From positions 1-45,561 of IMG/VR virus record IMGVR_UViG_3300043690_000005: a stretch of DNA of 45,561 nt; one strand, 5' to 3'. This stretch comes from a virus (taxonomy: Duplodnaviria; Caudoviricetes). A program made the position numbers and the translations under genes. Below the pieces are notes generated by a model, which was given only the letters and a program-made list of their open reading frames with translations, did not search any database and was not told where the DNA came from. This document shows positions 18,557 through 26,964 of the stretch, one piece after another (within the stretch, counting starts at the first letter, position 1; each line of letters starts with the position of its first letter).

Positions 18557-19048
18557 TTATTTACCTTTAGAGCTTTTCGGCACCTCTTGCCCAGGAAACT
18601 GAGTGAACTTAATCTCACCCATGACTGCATCTCCTGCGATGACTTCTATGTCATACGAAGTTGAGATAGTCCTGACTCCTTGTCCTAGATCAGCGTCGGC
18701 ACTTGCGGAAATCTTTACATCTCCGATTGGGCCTACGCTCTTGATATTGCAAATCAGTGGATTTCCTGAAGCTACCTCCGCTGTGACTATCGAAGAGTCT
18801 GAAGACTCCCATTTAGTCGGTCCATCTACTGGGACGCTGTTGCCTCCCTTGTCTGTCCAGGTTACGCTGAGAGTAGCGTAGGTGCCGGACTTCATCTGGG
18901 AACTCATGTTTTCTCCTTCAAAGTATACTTCATCGTTGTACTTGACTGCTAGAACAGCTTTATACTCCGGTATGATAGGATGATCAATTGGGATCACCTG
19001 TAGGATCTTGAGCGGAGTTACAAAACTAATATTAAGATTGAGATCCAT
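18557..19048 (-). CDS. Ig-like (Big-type) domain protein
   Basis: LSVTWTD..GN.V......WESSDSSIVT.....G...ISASAD pattern. A second start (GGAG + ATG, MSSQMK) lies at about 18908. Confidence 0.65.
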   Translation of the reverse strand: MDLNLNISFVTPLKILQVIPIDHPIIPEYKAVLAVKYNDEVYFEGENMSSQMKSGTYATLSVTWTDKGGNSVPVDGPTKWESSDSSIVTAEVASGNPLICNIKSVGPIGDVKISASADADLGQGVRTISTSYDIEVIAGDAVMGEIKFTQFPGQEVPKSSKGK

Positions 19049-19406
19049 GAGCCTTGCTCGTTATGGCTTCCTTGAGCTTATTAATCGCCGCTGTTGCTCC
19101 TACGATCAACTCATAAGGAACACAAGCATTCATGTAGCTGATCTGCCATTGCTTGAGATCAGGAGGGAGCGCCGGTAAAGATTGAACGCAGGCTGGCCCT
19201 GGAGGATAATTCCACTGGTTAGGTGAGCCTAGATTATGAAGCCTTATAGGGACATAGCCTTTATTGTCGATGCACCAAGCCTCATATCCTTGCTCCCAGC
19301 TCGATCCCTGCTGTCTCACAGCATCATCTCTAAAGACGTACCAAGATACATCGTCCGTTATGCCGAAGGCTGATTCGTAAAGCTCGTCGATTGTTGGATC
19401 TCTCAT
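19032..19406 (-). CDS. Hypothetical protein
   Basis: 124 aa ORF in the operon. Confidence 0.6.
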   Translation of the reverse strand: MRDPTIDELYESAFGITDDVSWYVFRDDAVRQQGSSWEQGYEAWCIDNKGYVPIRLHNLGSPNQWNYPPGPACVQSLPALPPDLKQWQISYMNACVPYELIVGATAAINKLKEAITSKAHGSQS

Positions 19407-19407
19407 G

Positions 19408-19599
19408 TTACCTTAATTTTGGTGCCGTTCCTGGCAAAAGTGCTAGCAATAGATAAATCACGACAATCACCGCGACTACGATTATTACGACTCGAATCAA
19501 ACGGTAAATCGTCGCATCAATAGGAAATTGAGAGAGTGCCCAGAGAACGAGGCCAGCAACGATCAAAACTATGACGACGTAAACTAATAGACTGATCAT
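19408..19599 (-). CDS. Small two-TM membrane protein (holin candidate)
   Basis: 63 aa with two hydrophobic stretches separated by SQFPIDATIYR and a basic C-terminus. Overlaps the terminase stop. Confidence 0.65.
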   Translation of the reverse strand: MISLLVYVVIVLIVAGLVLWALSQFPIDATIYRLIRVVIIVVAVIVVIYLLLALLPGTAPKLR

Positions 19600-21182
19600 C
19601 TGACTCTCCCTCGATGATACATCTGCACTGGCTTGCTCTGACGAGGCTTCTTAGACTCCAGGACACTCATTGCTCGATGCAAGTATGTCTGGTCCTGAGT
19701 CATCTGGAAAGTCTTTAGGACGTTGGCTATTTGATCGTTGTATTTGCCGATCTCTGATAGATCTCTCCTGAACTCATGGACTGCCTTGACTAGATATCTG
19801 AGGCAATCATAAGGATCGTCTCCTGGGAACTCTGCTACGTCTTCTTTATTATTGTTATCATAGACGCAGAGAGGAATGGTCTTTATCAGTTGTTTGCAGG
19901 TTATGAAGACTTGTAAGCGAGGTAAGTTATCCTCTGGAGCCTCAGGCTTGAACTGTTGACAGTACGCATGATAGGCGTCTGTTCCTAGCTTCCTGAGGAC
20001 TTCCTGAGCTTCATCTTGATTGAAGCCGCTAGTTGCGTCCTTTTTAGACGGACGGGGTTTCCATCTGAGAAATTCCTGAAGGATGATCTTCGTGGCTATC
20101 CTGCTCCCTGACATATTCCCCGAAGGGCGAGCCAAGAGTCCTGAGTATTGCTTGAACTCTCCAAGGACTGTTAGCTCGTTGCCTCGGTCTTGACTAGCCG
20201 ACTGACAGATTACGATGTCTCTGAAGTCCTCGCCTTTTGAAAGCTTGCCGACGATCGTGCCCCATGTTGAGATCTTCTCTCGGATAGCTGTATGTTCTCT
20301 GTAGATAAAGAGTCTGTTTTCTGGCGACACGGCACCCCAAAGGGCTACGGCCATTGCTGAGTAGCCCCAATCAATAGCTAAGAAACGAGGCCACCATGAA
20401 GGAATCTCAAAGGGTTCTATGACATGACAAGCATTGGGGGGTTCGTCTGGAAGAGGTTGCTCTCGCCACTCGTCGAAGACCTGACCGCTAAACGTCCACC
20501 AGTCTCCGTCGTGCTTCGCACGCCGTTCAGCCTCTGGCAAAATAGATAGTCGTCTAGAGTAGTCTGGATCAATATAAGGATTATCTGAGACTTTGCTAGG
20601 TATGAAGATTCTTTTTAAGCCAGAGACTTTATCTAGTAAAATCCTCTGACCAACGGGAAACGGCTCTATGAATCTGTCTCTGACCCAAGAATGTCCTACG
20701 TTCCCTGGATTCGTGCCGGACCTGACTATAGCTGGGAGTTCCTTGACTGAGGTTCTACAGCGGCTAGTTAAGTAAAGATACTGAAATTGAGTGAAGCTTG
20801 TGAGTTCGTCAAGTCCGATATAATTATACTCTGCTGAGTCGTAATTTCTGACATCCTTCTCGTACTCTGCGTGCCCAAATTGGATGATTGCACCGGACTT
20901 GAAAGTCCATTTCTTCTTAGATTGATTGTACTCTCCTCCGCATTGAGGATAGAAATTCTGTGAACGGACAATAAGCTCAGATTCTAGCTCTGGATAAGTC
21001 CTTCGGAGGAGAAGGCCCTTGAACCTTGGGTGCTGGTAAAAGCTTCTGGCTATAGGCAACATCAGAAGGACTTCTGACTTGCCGCCTCCAGCCGCTCCAC
21101 CGTAGAGAGCCTCGAATATTGTATCCGGGAGGGAAAGGAATATCGTTTGTCTTGGGTGCGGTTTCCATACTTGCTCTGTCAT
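19596..21182 (-). CDS. terL: Terminase large subunit
   Basis: WKPHPRQ, Walker A YGGAAGGGKS, LLRRTYPEL, Walker B IGLDELT, TNPG, DNP, nuclease motifs AIDWG and DDPYDCLRY. AGGAGG RBS. Confidence 0.95.
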   Translation of the reverse strand: MTEQVWKPHPRQTIFLSLPDTIFEALYGGAAGGGKSEVLLMLPIARSFYQHPRFKGLLLRRTYPELESELIVRSQNFYPQCGGEYNQSKKKWTFKSGAIIQFGHAEYEKDVRNYDSAEYNYIGLDELTSFTQFQYLYLTSRCRTSVKELPAIVRSGTNPGNVGHSWVRDRFIEPFPVGQRILLDKVSGLKRIFIPSKVSDNPYIDPDYSRRLSILPEAERRAKHDGDWWTFSGQVFDEWREQPLPDEPPNACHVIEPFEIPSWWPRFLAIDWGYSAMAVALWGAVSPENRLFIYREHTAIREKISTWGTIVGKLSKGEDFRDIVICQSASQDRGNELTVLGEFKQYSGLLARPSGNMSGSRIATKIILQEFLRWKPRPSKKDATSGFNQDEAQEVLRKLGTDAYHAYCQQFKPEAPEDNLPRLQVFITCKQLIKTIPLCVYDNNNKEDVAEFPGDDPYDCLRYLVKAVHEFRRDLSEIGKYNDQIANVLKTFQMTQDQTYLHRAMSVLESKKPRQSKPVQMYHRGRVR

Positions 21183-21350
21183 GAGATCCTCCTAGTTTTT
21201 GATTGGAGGATACTCTGGGTGCGGGACGCGGGGCGTCCTGGGATGCTAGTCTTAAGTCTCTCGATTCCGGCACCGGATTTGAGTTCCAGCTTCCCCATAA
21301 GTACAGGGGCAAGACTAAAAGTACCTCAGTCTGGACGGTCGGTTGTTCCT

Positions 21351-21572
21351 CTAGAGATTCTTCTCTATAGCCGCATACACTGTACGGACCATACTTCGGT
21401 CCATCTCTTTTTGCTTCTCAGAGAGTTGATCGAATGGAACCATTAGTTCCTCTCCGTCTTCAGCCTTTCGGCTAGTGATTCCTTGCTTTCTCTTTCCGTC
21501 CATCCAGGAGTCATGGCAGGCTGAGGCTACAATATCTAGAGGAGGTAGACTGATCACGCTAGATCTATTCAT
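21351..21572 (-). CDS. Stand-alone RyR (ryanodine receptor repeat)-like domain protein
   Basis: A...HDSW...K...G...LMVPFDQLSEKQKEMDR..V matches the RyR repeat consensus H..W...K...G...LVP...L.E.EK..DR. Confidence 0.8.
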   Translation of the reverse strand: MNRSSVISLPPLDIVASACHDSWMDGKRKQGITSRKAEDGEELMVPFDQLSEKQKEMDRSMVRTVYAAIEKNL

Positions 21573-21574
21573 AC

Positions 21575-22165
21575 CTAAATCTCAACGACCTTGAACGAGT
21601 TCTCTTCTTTTACCTGAGGCGCGTATACGACTAAGGTTACTGCGCTGTCGCGCTTTTCCTCTTTAGGCATCGTTCTTTCCACGATTTGACTCATGGACGA
21701 AGCAATATGTGCCAGATTGGGCGCACTGAGCTTGCTTAGTTTGTCCTCACTGATTAGTCCCATCGCGCACATTAGTTTGTCTAGAGCGGCCTGTCGGACT
21801 TCATCCATTGCTTCGCTGGGATCTAGCTTCATTTTTCGTTTGCCGACTTTTTGATTGTGAGCGTAGTTTGCTGATTGCTGATAGTTTATTCCTAGCTTGT
21901 CTGCGATCTCTTCATGCTTGTATCCTAGCTTGTGCAAAGACACAGCAGTATCTCGGACCTCGGATGTTGCTCGCTCTTTGCCTAGCCTCGGTCCGGCACC
22001 GTTTCTGAAAGGCTCGATGCGAGTTTGAGACTCTTGAGACTCTTTAGAGACATCTTTTCCAAACTGAGTCCTTATTGGATCAAAAGTCTTCAAGCCTTTG
22101 AACGAACGGACTACGTTGTTTGGAGACTCAAGCCTCTCGTCTGCTTCGTCATTGTCTAACAGCAT
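21575..22165 (-). CDS. Probable terminase small subunit / HTH DNA-binding protein
   Basis: First gene of the late arm. HTH-like segment AVSLHKLGYKHEEIADKLGINYQQ, then helical hairpin and C-terminal beta strand. Confidence 0.55.
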   Translation of the reverse strand: MLLDNDEADERLESPNNVVRSFKGLKTFDPIRTQFGKDVSKESQESQTRIEPFRNGAGPRLGKERATSEVRDTAVSLHKLGYKHEEIADKLGINYQQSANYAHNQKVGKRKMKLDPSEAMDEVRQAALDKLMCAMGLISEDKLSKLSAPNLAHIASSMSQIVERTMPKEEKRDSAVTLVVYAPQVKEENSFKVVEI

Positions 22166-22263
22166 ATGGAGATCCTAAAGTATAAAGGGATTCCTTAGGA
22201 ACTTAAGAGTAAAGGTATGTATGATAGGATACACATCGGAATCCAGGTATACTCTTGCCACCC

Positions 22264-22293
22264 ATGTTACTAGAAAAGGTACTAGGTTGTCAA
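22264..22293 (-). promoter_or_regulatory. Sigma70-like promoter for the structural arm
   Basis: Minus strand TTGACA-N18-TAACAT, about 100 bp upstream of the 22165 ATG. Confidence 0.55.
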
Positions 22294-22569
22294 GGACTTT
22301 ATCTCGTTTGGAATGAGCTATTTACCCATCCGAAATCGGATCGGAGTTGATATGCGCCGGAGGCGCGATCGGGACTCCTGGGGTATGCCTATACCGGGGG
22401 GTGGTGTCAACATTAATGGAAAATAAGAATATCCAATGTCCCTAGTCTTACGATGTGCTGAGTCTTACTGAGTGTGGGGTCCGGCATCCTGGCATGGACG
22501 GCGTAAGATAGTGCATGAGGATTCTAAGAGTAGGCTCCAGGATGAGAGTAAGGCAATAAATAGAGCACG

Positions 22570-22611
22570 AACATAAACCTAATTTTCATAAAAATTAGTT
22601 ATAAACATAAA
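22570..22611. promoter_or_regulatory. Operator-like AT-rich palindrome upstream of the early arm
   Basis: ctaatttt-cata-aaaattag (22579..22598), flanked by direct repeats aacataaa (22570, 22604). TTGACT follows at 22624. Confidence 0.4.
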
Positions 22612-22643
22612 GCTAGAAACCTATTGACTAGCAACCCGGAATC

Positions 22644-23102
22644 ATGGCACGATTGGTCATGATGATAAACGATGAAGGTAGGATAGAGGCCAGAATCCTA
22701 TCTGACCATTTACGGTTCGTACTAGCTGGCAATTGCACGTTTACTGCTCGTTCAACTAGAACAGGCAAACGTTACACGTTCAAGGTTAGCAAGCCTAAGG
22801 ACTCTCAAAATGATATCCGATTCGTAGGCTTGCTCTCAGGCCCGGACAATGAATCTGACTACGTCTACGTTGGTATGATCACACCAGACCTGCTTTTCAA
22901 GCTTACCAGAGCCTCACGTATGACTTTCGATTCGGAGCCTGTTAAGGCATTCGATTACATCTGGTGTTTCTTACGCTTGAACGAAGAGCCTAAGAACGTC
23001 GAAATCTGGCACTCAGGACGTTGTGCTAGATGCGGACGTAAGCTCACTGTCCCAGAGTCCATAGCTTCAGGATTCGGACCTGAGTGCATCGGTAAGCTCT
23101 AG
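22644..23102 (+). CDS. DUF6011-like zinc-finger protein
   Basis: C-terminal CARCGRKLT.PESI..GFGPEC and N-terminal FT..S..TG.R.TFKV...FV..L.GPDN...Y. Start may be an ATG near 22659. Confidence 0.8.
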   Translation: MARLVMMINDEGRIEARILSDHLRFVLAGNCTFTARSTRTGKRYTFKVSKPKDSQNDIRFVGLLSGPDNESDYVYVGMITPDLLFKLTRASRMTFDSEPVKAFDYIWCFLRLNEEPKNVEIWHSGRCARCGRKLTVPESIASGFGPECIGKL

Positions 23103-23121
23103 TCTCAATGCTACTTCCAAT

Positions 23122-23156
23122 AGGCCAGAATATTTTCGCGTCTGGCCTCACTTTTC
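23122..23156 (+). terminator. Possible weak terminator/hairpin
   Basis: aggccaga / tctggcct 8-bp stem followed by cactttt. Confidence 0.35.
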
Positions 23157-23234
23157 ACTTGATATTTGTTCGCTGCTATGCGACACTATCAATGGGGACC
23201 TCGTTCCCCTACTACCTAGAAAGAGGATATTGTC

Positions 23235-23747
23235 ATGACCGCTACTGAGTCAGTTAACAAGGATCGGGTTATCGCTGAAACGGATCACACCGTTACCTTA
23301 GAGAAGGTCGTTAAGGTCAACGTCAAGGAGACGAACCCGGACGGAACTCCTGGCAAGACCCGTGTTGAGACTGGCACGTTCACTGCCACGTTTCCAAAGG
23401 ATATGGAAGGTGTCCTAGAGCTTTTCTCCAAGGAAGGTAACGCCAGCAACAACGGTAAGACTCTGACCAAACGCAAGAATGAAGACGATCCTAAGTCTGA
23501 ACAGGTCCCTATGTCTTGGGCAGACTTCTATCTTGAAAGGATCGTCTACGGTATCGACGGTTACTTCCGGGCACCCGTCTCTAATGCCATTCGTAACAAG
23601 TTTGGCAACAATGAGCCTAAGATCCTCAAGAAGATTGAAGATCTTCAGGCCAAGCGTATCGAGAATGGCCGCAAGCCTCTTAGTGACGCCCGGGCACGTC
23701 ACATTGTGATGGTCGCCATGGGTCTTATCGACGAAGACGAAGAGTAA
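23235..23747 (+). CDS. Hypothetical early protein (monocistronic)
   Basis: 170 aa, GAGGA RBS, followed by a strong terminator. Confidence 0.8.
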   Translation: MTATESVNKDRVIAETDHTVTLEKVVKVNVKETNPDGTPGKTRVETGTFTATFPKDMEGVLELFSKEGNASNNGKTLTKRKNEDDPKSEQVPMSWADFYLERIVYGIDGYFRAPVSNAIRNKFGNNEPKILKKIEDLQAKRIENGRKPLSDARARHIVMVAMGLIDEDEE

Positions 23748-23777
23748 TCAGAGTAGCCTAACATCGCTAATCTCGCG

Positions 23778-23816
23778 TCCCAGACTATATCCTTCGGGGT
23801 ATGGTCTGGGATTTTT
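23778..23816 (+). terminator. Intrinsic terminator with C(UUCG)G tetraloop
   Basis: tcccagactatatcc-ttcg-gggtatggtctggga followed by ttttt. Confidence 0.85.
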
Positions 23817-23834
23817 AGTCTAGTCCTACCTTTT

Positions 23835-23892
23835 TCAGCTACTCTTACCCTACTTCAGCTACTCTCAGCTACTCCTACTCTCAATTCTACTC
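23835..23892 (+). repeat. Direct repeats tcagctactc x3 plus ctactc remnants
   Basis: Copies at 23835, 23855 and 23865; ctactc at 23875 and 23887. Confidence 0.85.
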
Positions 23893-23911
23893 ACTTGTAC
23901 TTCCGAATGCA

Positions 23912-23946
23912 GGTGCAATGTCGGTGCAATGTCGGTGCAATGTCGG
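23912..23946 (+). repeat. Tandem 11-mer ggtgcaatgtc x3 (iteron-like)
   Basis: Three perfect tandem copies 23912..23944, plus gg. Confidence 0.9.
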
Positions 23947-24307
23947 CTGAGTGCGGGCGTTGTGGTTTTTGTCTATCCTACTGAGTCCTCACAACTTACC
24001 AGCTTACACCCCCCCTCTATCGTTTTTTAGGCCCATGCTTTCAGTAATTTAGGGTACGGTAAATTTTACATGGTAGGGGGGGTATATGATTCTATATTAT
24101 TTTTTTTTATATTTTTATTACTAATACTAATACCACCCCCACTCCTACCGTGTAAATTTTACCTGGTAAAAATTACTGAAAAATACCCTTGTAATTTCCA
24201 GGGGGAGGGGGTATACTGGCATGGGGGACCATATCTCGATGCATATCAGCCACTTGCAACGAACCGGCAGGACCGGAACATGGTCTGCACTCCCCCCGCA
24301 TTCAGCC
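23945..24307. other. Nested imperfect inverted repeat around an AT-rich core; putative replication origin
   Basis: Arm pairs: 24058..24077/24144..24163 (18/20), 24039..24050/24170..24181 (12/12), 23945..23957/24295..24307 (12/13). Core 24085..24131 is almost all A/T. Confidence 0.6.
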
Positions 24308-24335
24308 AGCATCCATCCGGCATCCTGGAGCATAT

Positions 24336-24728
24336 ATGAATAAAGAACTAGTCTTACAACAAATAGAGTATCTAGCTCAGTATGGTCCTATTGAAGCTAT
24401 AGCCTTATCGCGCTATATGCATTCTGACAAGATGAGATGGACTGAACACACTGTACTCTACGATGAGCAATTACATGAAGCTATTCTAGACCTAGTCCAG
24501 CTATGCAAGTCTCAGATCACTCCAGACTCCTACATCGCTTCTCATCCGGTATCGAACTATAAACATGCTTGTATCCTCTGCGAATTGACTACAGGATTCA
24601 ATCCTCAGAAACGAGAGTATGAGAAATCAGCATCTAGACAGAATAAGCTCAGACAACAGAGAGAATGGATTCAAAAGAGAGATGCAAAGCTTAAGCAACT
24701 GAAAGCTTGGAGAGAAGGATTAAAGTAA
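24336..24728 (+). CDS. Hypothetical protein
   Basis: 130 aa, GGAG RBS, basic helical C-terminus. Confidence 0.7.
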   Translation: MNKELVLQQIEYLAQYGPIEAIALSRYMHSDKMRWTEHTVLYDEQLHEAILDLVQLCKSQITPDSYIASHPVSNYKHACILCELTTGFNPQKREYEKSASRQNKLRQQREWIQKRDAKLKQLKAWREGLK

Positions 24729-24752
24729 ACTCAAAGGAGACAAGAAGCTACC

Positions 24753-25256
24753 ATGAAAGGTAAAGCTTTTCTAGAACTAACAGACGATCAACAGATGAAG
24801 CTTATGGAAGTAACAGAATTAGCAATGGATCTAATGGAGGACTACTCTTTAACAGAACAAGGCTGGTCCTTCAAGTTCGACAAAACGACTAACACCTATG
24901 GTATGTGTCGCTATAGACTCAAGCAGATAACCTTAAGCAAGTTCAGAGTCCTATCGAACACTATCGAGAGAACTAAAGAGGTCATTCTGCACGAGATAGC
25001 TCATGCTCTTTGCCCTGTAGGGGCAAAGCACGGTCCAGTATGGAAACAACAGATGATTAGCATGGGACAAAGACCAGAGAGATGTTTCTCAGACCATGAT
25101 CCTGTAGCTACTAGAACTAAAAGGCCCTTCAAAGGAGAATGTCCTTCGTGTCACAAGATAATCTATGTCCGTAGTAGACGTAAGAAATCATGCGGCACCT
25201 GCTATCCTCACTTCTATAATCCCAAGTATCAATTCATCTGGAGCATAAACTCATGA
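24753..25256 (+). CDS. SprT-like zinc metalloprotease
   Basis: G.C.Y....I.LS, ILHEIAHAL, HGPVWK, C-terminal CPSC...CGTC; AAGGAG RBS. Confidence 0.9.
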   Translation: MKGKAFLELTDDQQMKLMEVTELAMDLMEDYSLTEQGWSFKFDKTTNTYGMCRYRLKQITLSKFRVLSNTIERTKEVILHEIAHALCPVGAKHGPVWKQQMISMGQRPERCFSDHDPVATRTKRPFKGECPSCHKIIYVRSRRKKSCGTCYPHFYNPKYQFIWSINS

Positions 25257-25262
25257 GCAAAC

Positions 25263-25832
25263 ATGAATACGCCCGATCTCACAGATCGTGCGACACGGAT
25301 GGTTCCAATGTCTAAACATGAATACTTCCGTTGTCATCATGTAGACCCATCAGGTCATCAGTGCAATGAGTGGACTCCAGATGAGGAGACTAAACTCTGC
25401 TCTCGTCATTCAGGTCTTCTAGGATCTAATGGAGACTATTCGGATATCCTTAAGCAGTCAATAGTCAGACCTGTTCCTTATTCAGAGCTAGATGAGACTA
25501 TCTCTCAAGTCTGTGCTACATTATCTATCGTTGAGATAAACGAGCATATAGCCTTACTAGAGAGAAAAATCGAAGAATTCAGAGCAGCTACTCTTATCCT
25601 GAAACGTAACTCAAGAAAGAAGATCGACTCTTTATCAGAAGAAGAGAAACAGGTACTCATTGAAGAGCAACGAGCAACATTTCCTGTCAATAAGGTCAAG
25701 GAACCTAAGCCTAAGCTAGATCCTATCCTAGAGATGGCTCAGGAAATGGTAAAGAACTATCAGAAGAAAGGTAAGGAGATCACGTTAGAGAGAGCAGTTC
25801 AATTAGCTAAACAAGCTTTGGAGGATGAATAA
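25263..25832 (+). CDS. Hypothetical protein with N-terminal C3H zinc finger and coiled coil
   Basis: C-x9-C-x10-C-x2-H (RCHHVDPSGHQC...LCSRH). Confidence 0.7.
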   Translation: MNTPDLTDRATRMVPMSKHEYFRCHHVDPSGHQCNEWTPDEETKLCSRHSGLLGSNGDYSDILKQSIVRPVPYSELDETISQVCATLSIVEINEHIALLERKIEEFRAATLILKRNSRKKIDSLSEEEKQVLIEEQRATFPVNKVKEPKPKLDPILEMAQEMVKNYQKKGKEITLERAVQLAKQALEDE

Positions 25833-26010
25833 TATGACTAGCTATGAAGCTTTTGAAAAGGAGTGTCTCACACTCTTTGATGAGATTAGGTGCCGGAATT
25901 GTGACGGTACAAACATTAGATCAATGGTAGAGATCAGCACAACTGAGGGATATACCGACTATACTGATCTCATTCCTTGGTGCAAGGATTGCGACGGGAG
26001 AGCAGACTAA
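25825..26010 (+). CDS. Small zinc-ribbon protein
   Basis: CRNC...CKDC; GGAGG RBS. Confidence 0.65.
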   Translation: MNNMTSYEAFEKECLTLFDEIRCRNCDGTNIRSMVEISTTEGYTDYTDLIPWCKDCDGRAD

Positions 26011-26011
26011 C

Positions 26012-26263
26012 ATGACCTATCTAGAATCACTAGAACCAGACAATAGAAGTCTTCGACAAATCAAGGAGGATAAGACTACTGACCTTCATCAGACAACGAG
26101 AGCTATAAAAGCTCAGATGGACGCCGTTGGCATTGAATTAGATGCCTTAAGGGATATGTTGAGAACTTTCTTCGGTAACGGTGTAGTCGATATGACTTGT
26201 TCCGACTTGATGAAAGAAGCTGGAAGAATTCTAAAAATAAGGAGAGACGATCTTGATGCTTGA
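26012..26263 (+). CDS. Hypothetical protein
   Basis: 83 aa, GGGAG RBS, tight packing. Confidence 0.6.
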   Translation: MTYLESLEPDNRSLRQIKEDKTTDLHQTTRAIKAQMDAVGIELDALRDMLRTFFGNGVVDMTCSDLMKEAGRILKIRRDDLDA

Positions 26264-26278
26264 TGGGAGAACAGACTA

Positions 26279-26506
26279 ATGGCAACTATTGAATCTCGTT
26301 CTGTAATCCTAGAGTTACTCCAGAACAACGGACGATACTTCTCAGATCCTCAGTGTGACTCTATCTGGAGTTATACTAATCAAGCTGGGAACAAGACTCA
26401 TGCGGTCTTTTATGACTCATGGCATGATATGTATGAGTCTCCTTATGCTATGGAACCAGTATTACTCAAGGAACTGGACTCACTGAATCAGGCAAACAAT
26501 TCATAG
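26279..26506 (+). CDS. Hypothetical protein
   Basis: 75 aa, GGGAG RBS. Confidence 0.6.
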   Translation: MATIESRSVILELLQNNGRYFSDPQCDSIWSYTNQAGNKTHAVFYDSWHDMYESPYAMEPVLLKELDSLNQANNS

Positions 26507-26518
26507 AGGATAGCTACC

Positions 26519-26710
26519 ATGAGAGTAACTGAGAAACGAATGACCAGACGTCCTCCAATCTACTACAGACTAGCAGAATTCGAGTTAGTCCTGGGTATCC
26601 TAAATGACCTGGATGAACTCTCAGACGAGGAGTTGCAGTTGAAACAAAAGACTGAGGAGATCATAGAAAAGATCAAGATGAGTCCAAGAAGAGTCAAGGA
26701 GAACTTTTGA
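26519..26710 (+). CDS. Hypothetical protein
   Basis: 63 aa, GAGGA RBS. Confidence 0.6.
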   Translation: MRVTEKRMTRRPPIYYRLAEFELVLGILNDLDELSDEELQLKQKTEEIIEKIKMSPRRVKENF

Positions 26711-26758
26711 AGCTATAAGTATTTGTTATTTGACTATAAGTAAAGGATATGGTACAAT

Positions 26759-26962
26759 ATGACTATGAATAGTACAACTACCAAATGGTATCGAACATGC
26801 CAAGAGTGCGGACACAAGCAGTACTGCCAACCACCTAATAGGAGTAAAGAACTAACAGACTCTTATCGTAACTCTAAGTGCCGGAAGTGCGGGTCTGAAG
26901 GATCATTAGACTACGGCACGTATGAGAGCAATATGAATGACATGGATGATGATTGGAGCTAA
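26759..26962 (+). CDS. Small zinc-ribbon protein
   Basis: CQECGH...CRKCGS..LDYG; AAGGA RBS. Confidence 0.7.
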   Translation: MTMNSTTTKWYRTCQECGHKQYCQPPNRSKELTDSYRNSKCRKCGSEGSLDYGTYESNMNDMDDDWS

Positions 26963-26964
26963 AC

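Noticed and set aside
21179-21298. 39-aa ORF (MGKLELKSGAG...) ending at the terL start
   Set aside because: No clear RBS and no recognisable motif; it may be leader sequence.
23835-23946. Short repeats as a CRISPR array, given the Cas4-like gene
   Set aside because: Repeats are 10-11 bp, mostly tandem with no unique spacers. The Cas4-like gene lies in a recombination module with a Sak4-like ATPase and SSB.
24070-24339. ORFs 24070..24339 (+) and 24145..24333 (-)
   Set aside because: They translate homopolymer runs of the palindromic non-coding element and have no RBS or protein-like composition.
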